DNA of 63,295 bases, counting the filler, from Nemertoderma westbladi (Eukaryota > Animalia > Xenacoelomorpha), in NCBI GenBank assembly GCA_032718475.1. It is 4 parts of 4 records of this genome, joined end to end, with 100 filler letters (N's around TTAATTAATTAA, not from the genome) between each part and the next. Parts side by side here need not be neighbours in the genome. Positions count along the whole stretch, not along the records: positions 1 to 24,617 come from JAUCBJ010008632.1; 3 more parts are not named here. The stretch is one strand, 5' to 3'. Below, piece by piece: positions 1 to 12,486 of the stretch. Within the stretch, counting starts at the first letter, position 1; each line of letters starts with the position of its first letter. Made by a program: the position numbers and the translations under genes. The notes beneath the pieces were generated by a model. That model was given only the letters and a program-made list of their open reading frames with translations. It made no database searches and had not been told where the DNA came from.

Positions 1-43
1 CTCCATATCGTGGCCATTCTTCGCATTAGTCGTAATTTTATCA

Positions 44-439
44 TATCATTAGAAAGCTTGCCTTGCAAGGATTCCAAATATGTAACAATATCTGAATTTC
101 GTAAACAGCTGAGATATAGGCGTTCAAAGATTGCAAGAAATATCGTTCGCTGAAGGCCATTTATTATATTTAATAAATACACGATGTTCTGAAACATTTT
201 GTTTATGCATGAATAGCTACGCAATATATATATTGGATAGGAATACCGCTGTTGCCAACCAACTTATAAAATAAATAACACATTCTAGAATTTTGTGTAT
301 TTATTTGATAGAATAAATGGCCTACAGCGAATGATCGTTATTGCAATCTTTGAACGCCTATATCTCAGCTGTTTCTCAATGAAATTCTGACATTGTTACA
401 TATTTGGAATCCTTGCAACGCAAGCTTTCCAATGATATG
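44..439. mobile_element. Palindromic MITE-like element (left end probably outside window)
   Basis: 44-136 (tatcattagaaagcttg...ggcgttcaaagattgcaa) is an inverted repeat of 341-439 (ttgcaatctttgaacgcc...caagctttccaatgatatg); non-coding AT-rich spacer. Confidence 0.65.
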
Positions 440-1079
440 TAAAAAAATATGACTAATATAAAGAATGGCAACGACACGGAGGGTGCGATTTCGCAATAGA
501 CACTTTTTTAAAACGCTTATTAAAAAAATTTAAAGGCGAAATCGAAAATTCCGGCTTCATGGGGTCATCGACGGTGAGTTGAACTAGTGGTGTTTCAAAT
601 TTCAAGCAATATGATAAATATTTGTAGAAAAATTTGGGGGGGGGGGGGGGGTCCGTGTCATCAGAAAATGACACTACTGTATACTATGGGACATGGTGTA
701 TTTAGGTATAAAAACATAAAGAATAACACCATTTATTGGTTTTGCCAGCTATTCGATATAGGCCTACAGATATTACTAAAATTCATAACATTTCTCGTAG
801 CAGTTGCAGTAACACCTACTCAGTGTTCAATCATGGTCATTGTTGCTGATGCATGGTACACTACAAAATATTTTTCACCGCATTCCTATGTAAACACTGT
901 ATCAAATGATCATGGAGATTGGATAAGTCGAGATCGCCTAGTATTGAATTTCGGACAAATGAGTTACAAAGACCAGAAGACAATACATTGTTCCACTGTT
1001 ATGCACAATAATATAAACAATATTCAAAAATACAAATTCATTATTTCATTTTTAGTAAAGAACAAATATGACTTAGATC

Positions 1080-1480
1080 GCAATTTGCGTGTGTTGAACT
1101 GAGTGACACATTTGACTGTTTGACCCGGATGACATTATCTTGTCCCTGGTGAACGGCCGCCATGCAACGACGTTTCCCATTGCTAGCATCCCAGCTGAAA
1201 CTGCAGTAATACAAGAACGAATTAGATACATGTCGTCATATTTATCCAGTTTAAATCGACTGACCAACACATTGAGGAAGATTTCGGACTTGACAGGATC
1301 CAATGGAATGTGTTTCGTTTAACTCATTCTAACTGGGAAAAGAATTCCTTTAGGCCTACTAAGTTCAGCATCATTCCACAGCTTTCACGCAATCAGAGCC
1401 CCATTAACAGATTAAGTGCTGAAGTAGTCGGATTCATATTGCGACTACCCAGAGCTACAATATTCATTTCTCCAAAATAA
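1080..1480 (-). pseudogene. Degenerate BEN-domain-like coding fragment
   Basis: Across one frameshift and one stop the minus strand reads TSALNLLM/KLWNDAELSRPKGILFPVRMS*TKHIPLDPVKSEIFLNVLVSRFKLDKYDDMYLIRSCI, resembling the BEN pattern (LL..LF...EL...LDP.K...I); by-eye motif match only. Confidence 0.3.
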
Positions 1481-2852
1481 GCTGTGGACGGATTTGCTGT
1501 TAGTTGTCAATGATAGGCCTATTGAGCCGGAATCGATCTGTCGATAGGGGGGCTCGATTGATATGAAGACGTGAAACTTTTCAAAAACTTGTATAATATG
1601 AATATACATAAATCAGTAGAATAACATAAATCAATAAATGTTTGGTAATGCTGTACTGGTGCATGGTGGTGGCGGTGGGGCGGTAGGGCAGGGCCTATCG
1701 CTACTGCGCTATCTGCCTATGGAATGTAACCAATTGCCACTAACTTACTCTGATTGTCTGACAACACCTGTAACACCTGTACACTGCAGCACTAACTAAC
1801 TGCAAACTGAAATCACACAGTTCAGCAGTTCTGAAGCTACTGGTTCTGCCTGACTGCTGCTGTACTGGTTGAGAGGTACAGGCTGACAGGCAAGGTGGTA
1901 CTCAGTACTGTATGACTGTGTCATGATCCCTAAACATTCCAACCAATAGGAAACCTTCGCCATACACAACAAACATAGGGAAAACTTACCAATTTTAATA
2001 AGTTTAATTCTCCTTTTAAACTTGTCAAGTTTATAACTAAATTTTTGATATGCACTTGTTATGTTTAGAAAAATTTATATATCTTACAAACGTAATACAA
2101 CTTGCTGTTTACATGCTAATATTGTCAAATTTATAATGTCAATCATTGGAAAATTGGGGGCAGGCAAATTTTGTGTAAGTTTTACTAAATTAGTAAGGTA
2201 TTTCGAACCGGGTAGTGACATCAAATTTAGAAAACCTCACTAAAAGTACAGGTAGTCTTTGTAATACTATTTATATGAGGTGGTAGGTATATTTGGTATT
2301 ATGTATCAAAGTTATGATTAATTAAAAAATACGTACTACAAAGTAAAATGGCAATATTTAGCCTAACCTAAACTACTGTATAATTAAGCTAATTAGGACC
2401 CGCAAGAAAGCTATGATTAATTAAAAAAATAAGTACTACAAAATAAAATGGCAATATTCACATTACTGTACATTACTAAGCTAAACTACTGTATACTTAC
2501 TGTATGCACCACATTTTCACCCGTAGTAAGTAGTGACATCAAATTTAGAAAACCTCACTAAAAGTACAGGTAGTCTTTGTAATACTATTTATATGAGGTG
2601 GTAGGTATATTTGGTATTATGTATCAAAGTTATGATTAATTAAAAAATACGTACTACAAAGTAAAATGGCAATATTTAGCCTAACCTAAACTACTGTATA
2701 ATTAAGCTAATTTTGAAACTACCCAAGTAAACTGAAAACAATTAAAAAAATAATGCCATTTAAATGGAAGTCTATTAACATTGGTTTTATATTGATCACA
2801 TTACAGCATTAATTGTAAATTTTGTCGTTTTTAAAACACTGCTAAAAACAGT

Positions 2853-2928
2853 GTTGCCTAGTCAAGGGATCGAACCAGGGCCTCCTACGTGGAAGCCTAC
2901 GGTTGTCACCACTAGACCATAAGGCTGC
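2853..2928 (-). mobile_element. tRNA(Gly-TCC)-like pseudogene or tRNA-derived SINE head
   Basis: Minus strand has an A-box TGGTCTAGTGG, a loop CTTCCAC and a B-box GGTTCGATCCC; acceptor stem is imperfect. Confidence 0.45.
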
Positions 2929-2941
2929 TTAAAAATGACAA

Positions 2942-3032
2942 TTAGTTGCGGTAAATTGCGGTTAGTTGCGGTAAATTGCGGTAAGTTGCGGTAAATTGCG
3001 GTAAATTGCGGTTAGTTGCGGTAAATTGCGGT
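2942..3032. repeat. 10-bp minisatellite (ttagttgcgg / taaattgcgg)
   Basis: About 9 tandem copies. Confidence 0.9.
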
Positions 3033-3431
3033 TTTTAGTAGGACCCGCAAGAAAGCTATGATTAATTAAAAAAATAAGTACTACAAAATAAAATGGCAAT
3101 ATTTACATTACTGTACATTACTAAGCTAAACTACTGTATACTTACTGTATGCACCACATTTTCACCCGTAGTAAGTAGTGACATCAAATTTAGAAAACCT
3201 CACTAAAAGTACAGGTAGTCTTTGTAATACTATTTATATGAGGTGGTAGGTATATTTGGTATTATGTATCAAAGTTATGATTAATTAAAAAATACGTACT
3301 ACAAAGTAAAATGGCAATATTTAGCCTAACCTAAACTACTGTATAATTAAGCTAATTTTGAAACTACCCAAGTAAACTGAAAACAATTAAAAAAATAATG
3401 CCATTTAAATGGAAGTTCAGTCCAAAATTAA

Positions 3432-4288
3432 GGGTGTAAACGTTAAGCAGACAGTGGTGCAGACACCTGGTGCGGACAGTGGTGCAGACACCTGGTGCGG
3501 ACATTGGTGCAGACACTGGTGCAGCGTGCAGACAGTGGTGCAGACAGTGGTGCAGACACAGGTGCAGACAGTGGTGCAGACAGTGATGCAGACAGTGGTG
3601 GAGCGTGCAGACAGTGGTGCAGACACTTGTGCAGACAGTGGTGCAGACACTGGTGCAGACAGTGGTGCAGACACTGGTGCAGACAGTGGTGCAGACAGTG
3701 GTGCAGACAGTGGTGCAGACAGTGGTGCAGACACAGGTGCAGACAGTGGTACAGGCAGTGATGCAGACACTGGTGCAGACACTGGTGCAGACAGTGGTGC
3801 AGACAGTGGTGCAGAAAGTGGTGCAGACACTGGTGCAGACAGTGGTGCAGACACTGGTGCACATAGTGGTGCAGACACTTAGCCCGCAAAACAATAACGT
3901 TTATTGTTTTGGTTCCCCCAATACTCCTCTGAAACCTGCTCCTTTACTAAACTGCTCCTTTACTAACCTGCTCGCCCCTTTTACTGTCTGCACCAGTGTC
4001 TGCACCACTCTCTGCACCACTGTCTGCACCACTGTCTGCACCATAGTGTCTGCACCACTGTCTGCACCAGTGTCTGCACCACTGTCTACACCAGTGTCTG
4101 CACCACTCTGCACCACTGTCTGCACCATTGTCTGCACCACTGTCTGCACCAATGTCTGCACAACTGTCTGCACCACTGTCTGCACGACTGCACCACTGTC
4201 AGACTGTCTGCACCACTGTCTGCATCACTGTCTGCACCACTGTCTGCACCAGCACCAGTCAGCCAGTGTCTGCTTAACGTTTACACCC
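3432..4288. mobile_element. Non-autonomous MULE/foldback-type element with inverted arrays of a 12-bp repeat
   Basis: TIR GGGTGTAAACGTTAAGCAGACA at both ends; perfect 9-bp TSD caaaattaa (3423-3431, 4289-4297); arms built from GCAGACAGTGGT and its complement. Confidence 0.85.
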
Positions 4289-5233
4289 CAAAATTAATTA
4301 GTACAACGATGGACAGATTGATTAGTCTTACTGTCTTCTGGTCTTAGCTCAATCAGTCAATGTAATACTTGGAATATTTAGCAAAGTTTGCTCCGGGCTT
4401 CTGCAGTATCAATTGCAGAAGCCGAACCGAACCGAAATTGCCAAACTTCGGCCCGAACCGAACCGAAGCCGAAGCTTCTGTTGAGCCCTAATTCATGAGA
4501 CGTGAATTTTAAGTCTACTTTTTATTTATCCTGTGTTTGTATGTGAAAGAGCCGAATATTATTTATTACCAGTGCAGCAGTGCTGTATGTCTGTATGTAG
4601 AGATATGAGCTTCCGATTCTGTTATTCCATTTGTCTGATAATCATAGATACCTGACATATACCGATACTTGCCTAACAACTCAACCCTACCGGACCTGAA
4701 ATGAAAAATCATTGTTATCAGGACTGCTGGACTGCTACGCGTAGTTTCAAAATACCTACGCGTAGTTCTGTATTTCCAAAATAACTAAGCGTAGTTTAGA
4801 AACACCTACGCGTAGTTGTTAAAAAGGCAATAAGTCTGGCCCTACCGGTAAAAGACAGGAATGGAAGTTACAAACTACGCGTAGCTACGCGTATTCTGTG
4901 ATTAGGCCTAACCGCCCGACCGCTGTGCGCTGTACCGGCAGACCGGTATGTAAACCTGTAACTGTCAGACTGTGAACTGCGTAACTTGTCGATTGTATTC
5001 AGTACCGGGATTGTAACCTTGCTTTGCAGTTCCACCTCGCACCGCAAACGTAATTCTGTAATTCAGTAATAGGCAGATTAGTCAGTCAGTTGGAACCGGT
5101 AACGGCCAGACGGCTACCGCTAAACCTGTTAACGGTCAGAGGGCAGCCTTTGTTGTTACTCAGCTCATAAAATATAGGCCTAGGAGCCAAGTCAGCAAGT
5201 ACCGGTAGCCTAACAACCGAATACAGTAAAACA

Positions 5234-8200
5234 ATGGATTCCGAAGATGAAGTTCAAACGGGTCTTCCAACTAATCAAACAGAATTTGATAAAGATGAAT
5301 CGGATGATGACGTTCCAATAGGTAAGATTGCAGGACTGTACTGCTGTACCGGTACCCTGTCTGCGATAGCGCGCCGCCGCCGATGGCCGACCAATTTTTA
5401 TGCGCACTGCGCGCCGATGCAATTTCGATGCAATTCCCGCACCAATGAAATTTTTAAGCGTGCCGCACTCGCACAGCACATAGAAACAATTTTGAAGAGC
5501 GCCGCGCCAATCTGCCAAATGCAATTTCAATTTTGAAGGAGTGTAACCCAGTAACCTGTCTGCCATTGTCAGTACTGCTGAACCTGTCCCTGTCTGCCTG
5601 TGCCCTGTCTGTCTGTCTGTTTGTACCGCAGTACCGGTACCGTAACCCTACTGCCTACCGGCTGACCGGTACAAGCATACAAGTCAAGTAAACAGAAAGG
5701 CGAGCGAAGCGAGCCGAAATTTTTAAACAGCTAAATGCAATTTTTGAGGCACTTCCGTAGGCCTATGTCAGTATGTTAAACCAACAGACCCACAGACCAA
5801 CAAATCCTGAAATCGGCGCTGGTTTTAATTTTTGGGAGCGCCACGCGCAAAGCCGGCGCGCTTTACGATTTTCGTCCGCGCCACCCGCCATGCGCCACAT
5901 TCAGACATTGGCGCGCTTTTATTCTAAAGCGCGCCGGATTAATCCGGCGCAAAGTGTATGGATTCCAGTCTGGACCGGTACCGGTATGCGGTACATGTAC
6001 ACCAGTAGACGTACGGCAGTACGGTACAGCTGAAAGACACAGGCAGACAGGACACTGTGCCTGACTATGATTGCCAGATTGCTGGACTGTCACTCACTCC
6101 TCTCCCCACCCGGGGTGCGGGGTGGGGAGTGAGAACACCTCTAGCTGTCTAGGGCTGTAGGGGTGGGGTGGGGACCCCTAAAGGAGACTCCAGTCACAGA
6201 GTCAGCCAGTACTCCCAAGACTGCAAGACCAAACCGGTACCGTTACCCTGGTACCGGTGTCTGGCAGTCTGGGTGTGCGTGGGGCGTGCCTAGTCTTGCT
6301 GTCTTGGGTCTAGTTTGTTATATTCTGACTGTCTGACATTAAATATATAAACTTTGTACATTTTCTTCAGGTCAAATCGCGCGGCAGCACAGCGGGCTGA
6401 ACGGGCGGGTTGACGAGGGGGGTCAGGACATGTCGGACGACGACATCCCGCTGCTACGGACATCCGCCGGAAAATCCGGACACATTCGGACTCCGGACAA
6501 CCACTCGGCGGAAAAGCGACGCCATTCCGACACGGGCGAGGGGTCTAGCCATCGCAGTAAACACGAGAAACACGATAAACATAAACGCGACAAACATAAT
6601 AAACACGACAAACATAAACACGACAAACATAATAAACACGACAAACATAAAAACAGAGAAGATAAACTCAAATACCCGGGGCTTTCGACGCGGGTAAAAT
6701 CGGAACCGGAAAGCGACTACGACGACGACGACGACTATAAACCGATGAAAAAAACAATTAAAGTAGAAAAAGTAAAAGACAAAGTAGTAAAGAAAGAGAC
6801 TAAAGTAAATGGGATACGAGAAAGTAAAAACGAGAAGAGACGGAGCGATGCCGGACCCTCCAGCTCCCCGCGGAAAAAACCGAAGAAAGAACCTGAGGAA
6901 GTCTGGGAGTGGTGGAAGGAGGCCCCCAAAGCGGAGGGGGTTAAATGGAGTTCATTGACCCACAGAGGCCCGTGGTTCCCCCCGGCCTACGAACCCCTCC
7001 CGGCCACCGTCGTCTTTCGTTACGACGGACAGCCACTCCGTCTGTCCGCCAACGCCGAGGAGGTGATGGGTTTCTACGCGAAGATGCTGGACCACGATTA
7101 CACCGCCAAGGACGTCTTCAATAAGAACTTCATGCACGACTGGCGGAAGGTGATGACTCACGATGAGCGGGGGAAGATCGCCGATTTAAATAAGTGCGAC
7201 TTCCGGGCGGTTCACGCGTATTTCACGGAGCAGAGTGAGGAGCGCAAAGCCGCGAGCAAAGAGGAGAAACAGAAGCGTAAAGAGGAGAACGAAGCGATCA
7301 CTAAGGAATTTGGGTTCGCCATGCTGGACGGGCATAAGGAGAAGCTCGGGGCCTTCCGGGTGGAGCCCCCCGGGTTGTTCCGGGGGCGGGGCGACCATCC
7401 CAAGATGGGGAAACTAAAGAAACGCGTGCAGCCCGAGGATGTTACCATCAACGTCTCGAAGGGGGCAACCCCCCCGCCCCCCGCGGGGCACCGATGGAAG
7501 GAAGTGAAGCACGATGTGTCGGTCACCTGGTTGGCCTGTTGGACGGAGAATGTCCAGGCCAACATCAAGTACGTCATGTTTAGCGCGCAGAGCAAGCTGA
7601 AAGGCGTGAAAGATATGCAGAAGTACGATAAAGCGAGGGAGCTTATCAAACACGTGGATCGGATACGGAAGGCTTACACGGACGACTTCCAGGTAGGTTC
7701 GGGAACACAGACGACTTCCAGGTTGGTTCGGGAACACAGACGACTTCCAGGTAGGTTCGGGAACACAGACGACTTCCATGTAGGTTCGGGAACACACGAC
7801 TTCCAGGTAGGTTCGGGAACACAGACGACTTCCAGGTAGGTTCGGGAACACAGACGACTTCCAGGTAGGTTCGGGAACACAGACGACTTCCAGGTAGGTT
7901 CGGGAACACAGACGACTTCCAGGTAGGTTCGGGAACACAGACGACTTCCAGGTAGGTTCGGGAACACAGACGACTTCCAGGTAGGTTCGGGAACACAGAC
8001 GACTTCCAGGTAGGTTCGGGAACACAGACGACTTCCAGGTAGGTTCGGGAACACAGACGACTTCCAGGTAGGTTCGGGAACACAGACGACTTCCAGGTAG
8101 GTTCGGGAACACAGACGACTTCCAGGTAGGTTCGGGAACACAGACGACTTCCAGGTTGGTTCGGGAACACAGACGACTTCCAGGTAGGTTCGGGAACACA

Positions 8201-10255
8201 GACGACTTCCAGGTTGGTTCGGGAACACAGACGACTTCCAGGTAGGTTCGGGAACACAGACGACTTCCAGGTTGGTTCGGGAACACAGACGACTTCCAGG
8301 TTGGTTCGAACACAGACGACTTCCAGGTAGACAGACGTGTACGAGAAATTTTCTAGACAACTTCAAACTATAATTATTATGTTGTAAATCATCTAATGAA
8401 TTTTAAAAGCTGTTGTGATGATAGAGAGCAGTTAGCAAAATATAGAGCTATCGGATAGAGTAGTCGGAGAGGAGTCGAGTTGTCAATTGATTAATAATAA
8501 TAACAGCAGTTGTCATGAATTCAATACAATCGCGCACAAGAAGTGATAAGACAAATTCTTTCTTATTTTTGTATTAAATATAACAAGTTGAGATGTTTCA
8601 ATGTAAACCGCGATTAACAATTTACACTGTTCAATGTAAACCACGATATTAATTAAATACAACAATTATATTATTATTATAACAGATTTAAATATATTTC
8701 AAACTATAATGTTAGCCCTATGGAGAATCATTTTGAGGTTGAGTAAATATTCAGCCTTATAAGCATACAGCCTCCGTATTAATGTTGGCACAAAAATTTC
8801 AAAATAAAACAATAATGCGATGAGAGCATAGTACAATACACTGTGTAGCCAACACACTGTTTAACTAACAGTCATTTAGCTTGCACGTCAATTAATTAAC
8901 ATTGGGAAGAGTTATTCAGCTGAGACTGCGATAGCCAGCTAAACCAGTTAATGTTTGCTTATTGTCTGGGTTGTAGAGTAGAGTGATAATAAAACTTGGC
9001 ACAGACAATGCTTCTTTGTTAGTTGCCCTTCCTATTGAATGCATTACCAGGCCATCTCTATACATTTTTCATGAGTGCCAGCTGGTGTTTTATCATTGCG
9101 CCTATGGCAATTTTCGTGTTTTGGGGCTATTTTTCGAAATAAAACAAGTTGAGATGTTTCAATTTAAACCGCGATTTCACAAGTACCCTTAGAAATCTAT
9201 TTTCATGGTCCATGCAAAATTTCATCAAAATCGTTAGAGCCGTTTTTGCTCTAGGTCAGTAGCCATTAGTCAGTAGTCAGTAGCTTTTTTTTCTTACAGT
9301 AATCAATCAAGTCTAACGACTTGCTAAAAAATAATACTAAATCCACTTTGTTATTACTTTTCAGTCCAAGGAGATGGCTACCCGACAGCGAGCAGTGGCG
9401 CTTTATTTTATAGACAAACTGGCGTTGCGTGCGGGAAACGAGAAGGACGAAGACCAAGCCGACACTGTCGGCTGCTGCAGTCTGCGTGTCGAACACATTA
9501 AACTGGTGGAAGAAGGGGATAAGTACATTGTCGAGTTCGACTTCCTAGGTAAGGATTCCATCCGATACCAGAATTCCGTTGTTATCGAGAAACGCGTCTA
9601 CAAGAACCTCAAACGGTTCATAGATGGTAAGAAAGGAAGCGACGAATTGTTCGACCGGCTGGACACGGGAGGACTCAACAAGTACCTGAACCAGCTGATG
9701 GAGGGCCTCAGTGCCAAAGTGTTCCGAACCTTCAACGCTTCGATCACGTTGCAGGATCAGCTGGATAAACTTACCGATCCCGAGGACGCCGTCCACGCCA
9801 AGATGTTGGCCTACAATCGCGCCAACAAGGAGGTCGCCATACTGTGCAACCATCAACGCGCCATTCCTAAAACATTCGATAAGTCTATGGAGAACCTAGA
9901 GAATAAGATTAAGGAAAGGGAGACCGCGCTGGATGCATTAAAGGCTGAATACAAGAAGGCCAAGGTCGACTGTCAGAGGGCCGCAACCGCGTCAAATACC
10001 CTGCTAAAAGATAAAGCGAAGAAAAAGTACGAGTTGGCTGCCGAGCGGTTGGACAAGCTACGGTTGGAGCGAACAGCCAAGGACGAGAACAAAACAGTCG
10101 CGTTGGGAACCAGCAAACTCAACTACCTTGACCCCCGTATAAGCGCCGCCTGGTCCAAGAAGCACGTGGTACCCATCGAGAAAGTCTATAACAAAACACA
10201 GCGCCAGAAGTTCCAATGGGCCATCGACATGGCCGACGAGACTTTTGTATTCTAG
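5234..10255 (+). CDS. TOP1: DNA topoisomerase IB, about 766 aa; exons 5234-5321, 6371-7692, 9365-10255
   Basis: Motifs EPPGLFRGRGDHPK, LALRAGNEKD, DTVGCCSLR, KVFRTFNAS, AILCNHQR and catalytic SKLNYLDPRI. GT-AG introns are phase-compatible (phase 1, then phase 0 giving DDFQ|SKEM). Charged N-terminus has SDDDVP/SDDDIP motifs. First exon is inferred from phase and motif. Confidence 0.95.
7681..8335 (+). repeat. 29-bp tandem array duplicating the TOP1 exon end + splice donor (about 22 copies)
   Basis: Unit GACGACTTCCAG|GTAGGTTCGGGAACACA; the first copy is the real exon/intron junction at 7692/7693. Confidence 0.95.
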
Positions 10256-10340
10256 CAGAACCTGTGACTCGACTAATCTTATCGCTGACGACACTGGTCG
10301 CAATCTTTTCGGTGATACAATAACTAGGTGGTTGTATAGT

Positions 10341-10346
10341 AATAAA
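10341..10346 (+). promoter_or_regulatory. Candidate polyadenylation signal of TOP1
   Basis: AATAAA about 85 nt after the stop, followed by GT-rich sequence. Confidence 0.5.
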
Positions 10347-10463
10347 GTTGTGCGTTCTGTCCCCGATTAGTCCTGTATGTGTCCGGCAGCCCCTTGTGTA
10401 TTAGAGTCAGACCTATCTAATTTACCGAACATCCCCCCTATATATAAGTCAAAGTTCGTATGA

Positions 10464-11277
10464 ATCCGGACCGTCCAACTGTATGTGTCCGGACCTTGCA
10501 ACTGTATGTGTCCGGACCTTGCAACTGTATGTGTCCGGACCGTCCAACTGTATGTATCCGGCGGACCTTCCAACTGTATGTGTCCGGACCGTCCAACTGT
10601 ATGTGTCCGGACCTTCCAACTGTATGTGTCCGGACCTTCCAACTGTATGTGTTCGGACCGTCCAACTGTATGTGTCCGGACCTTCCAACTGTATGTGTCC
10701 GGACCGTCCAACTGTTTGTGTCCGGACCGTCCAACTGTATGTGTCCGGACCTTCCAACTGTATGTGTCCGGACCTTCCAACTGTATGTGTCCGGACCGTC
10801 CAACTGTATGTGTCCGGACCTTCCAACTGTATGTGTCCGGACCTTCCAACTGTATGTGTCCGGACCTTCCAACTGTATGTGTCCGGACCGTCCAACTGTA
10901 TGTGTCCGGACCGTCCAACTGTATGTATCCGGCGGACCTTCCAACTGTATGTGTCCGGACCGTCCAACTGTATGTGTCCGGACCTTCCAACTGTATGTGT
11001 CCGGACCTTCCAACTGTATGTGTCCGGACCGTCCAACTGTATGTGTCCGGACCTTCCAACTGTATGTGTCCGGACCTTCCAACTGTATGTGTCCGGACCT
11101 TCCAACTGTTTGTGTCCGGACCGTCCAACTGTATGTGTCCGGACCGTCCAACTGTATGTGTCCGGACCGTCCAACTGTATGTATCCGGCGGACCTTCCAA
11201 CTGTATGTGTCCGGACCGTCCAACTGTATGTGTCCGGACCGTCCAAGCGGACCGTCCAACTGTATGTGTCCGGTCCA
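10464..11277. repeat. 23-bp minisatellite (about 35 copies) containing the palindrome GTCCGGAC
   Basis: Unit gtccggacc(t/g)tccaactgtatgt; stop-free in all six frames, hence six spurious ORFs. Confidence 0.95.
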
Positions 11278-12486
11278 ATCCTCTGTAAACGTTTTTATTG
11301 AGAATAAGGGGTTTTAATAATTAATTAACAAGTATATATAATGATAATATATATAACAAGAGCGTCGTATATTATGTTTCTGTGACGTAATCCTAAGTGT
11401 TTGTTGTGGCAGACTAGGCAGCATCCTGCTATTTACAATCTCACTACAAACATTGGTGTTTCAGTTATATATCCTATTTAGCATATTCTAGTAATTTAAC
11501 AAGTTATAAGTTAGACCATTATAATATTATTTTATTTCAATGTATTAATGTAACGATTCTTAAATATCGATAAAATCAAGTTAACGAAATCTTTTATTTG
11601 TGACTCTTATTACAGTTTAGTAAATGTTATTAAAAGAAACCAACAAAATTACGATCCGTTATTTTTTTTTTATTTATTATTTATTCAACGTTAAACCGCA
11701 GTCGGACCGGTACTTTAAAGCATTTGGCGTCACAAAGAACAAATGCGGCGACACAAATATGATTTGAATTAAACTAAAACACATTTAAAACAAATAACAG
11801 GTTAAAAGGTGATTAAATTCGACGGCTAAGTTTTATGGGATCGCATATGAGTCAATCTCACCAAAAGTGCCAAAACCGAGGTTTTTTTTCACATAAAAAA
11901 TTTTAGTTGAAAATTTAAATTCCAAGATATGGAAAAATATATCATTTGAAAGGTCTTCTGAGGCGAACACAATGGTGTTAGTTGCCAAGCAAGCTCTTTT
12001 AGACACATGAAAAGAAAAAACAATGATTAAAAAAGAGCCTCCTTAACGAAAAATCCCCCCCCCCCCCCCCCCCCCCCAACTGTTATTTCAACTAAACGAT
12101 GATTATGGCATAAATTTTAAGTGAAACAAATTTATATTATAAATGATCAAAAGTAATCACGGAACCGTGTGCCGCAGGGCCAGCACACCCGAACACACTA
12201 CAAAAACTGCCGAACACAATCGAACACAGACGAACATAGAAAGAGCACAAAAAAATAACACCGGGTACAAACTTTTATATAAAATTAGCCAGGCGTTGCT
12301 TTTCTATAAGAAAATTCCCGAAATTATTGAATAAAATTGTCGCGAAATTAAATATTCATTTCTTAACAGGTAGGCCTATCATTTGTTGTGTACTGCTGTA
12401 CTGTATAACAAACTATGTAGGGAAGCCTACCGGGTACCGTACTGGCACATATAGTAATATTGGTTTAGCTAATAGGCCCGTTTGCC

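Larger units (their letters stand above)
2212..3415. repeat. Local segmental tandem duplication (A-B-A-X-B-A)
   Basis: gtagtgacatcaaatttagaaaacctcac starts near-identical blocks at about 2212, 2530 and 3176; taggacccgcaagaaagc block at about 2395 and 3039. Confidence 0.9.

Noticed and set aside
587-1102. 171-aa ORF
   Set aside because: Non-ATG start, spans a poly-G run, AT-rich composition, no recognisable domain
3364-4297. Low-complexity ORFs (CTTV, VQTV, GADS, LHHC repeats)
   Set aside because: Frames of the 12-bp repeat in a TSD-flanked foldback element
8941-8949. Minus-strand NWF codons as candidate homeodomain helix 3
   Set aside because: Followed by SWLS rather than xNRR and preceded by an in-frame stop
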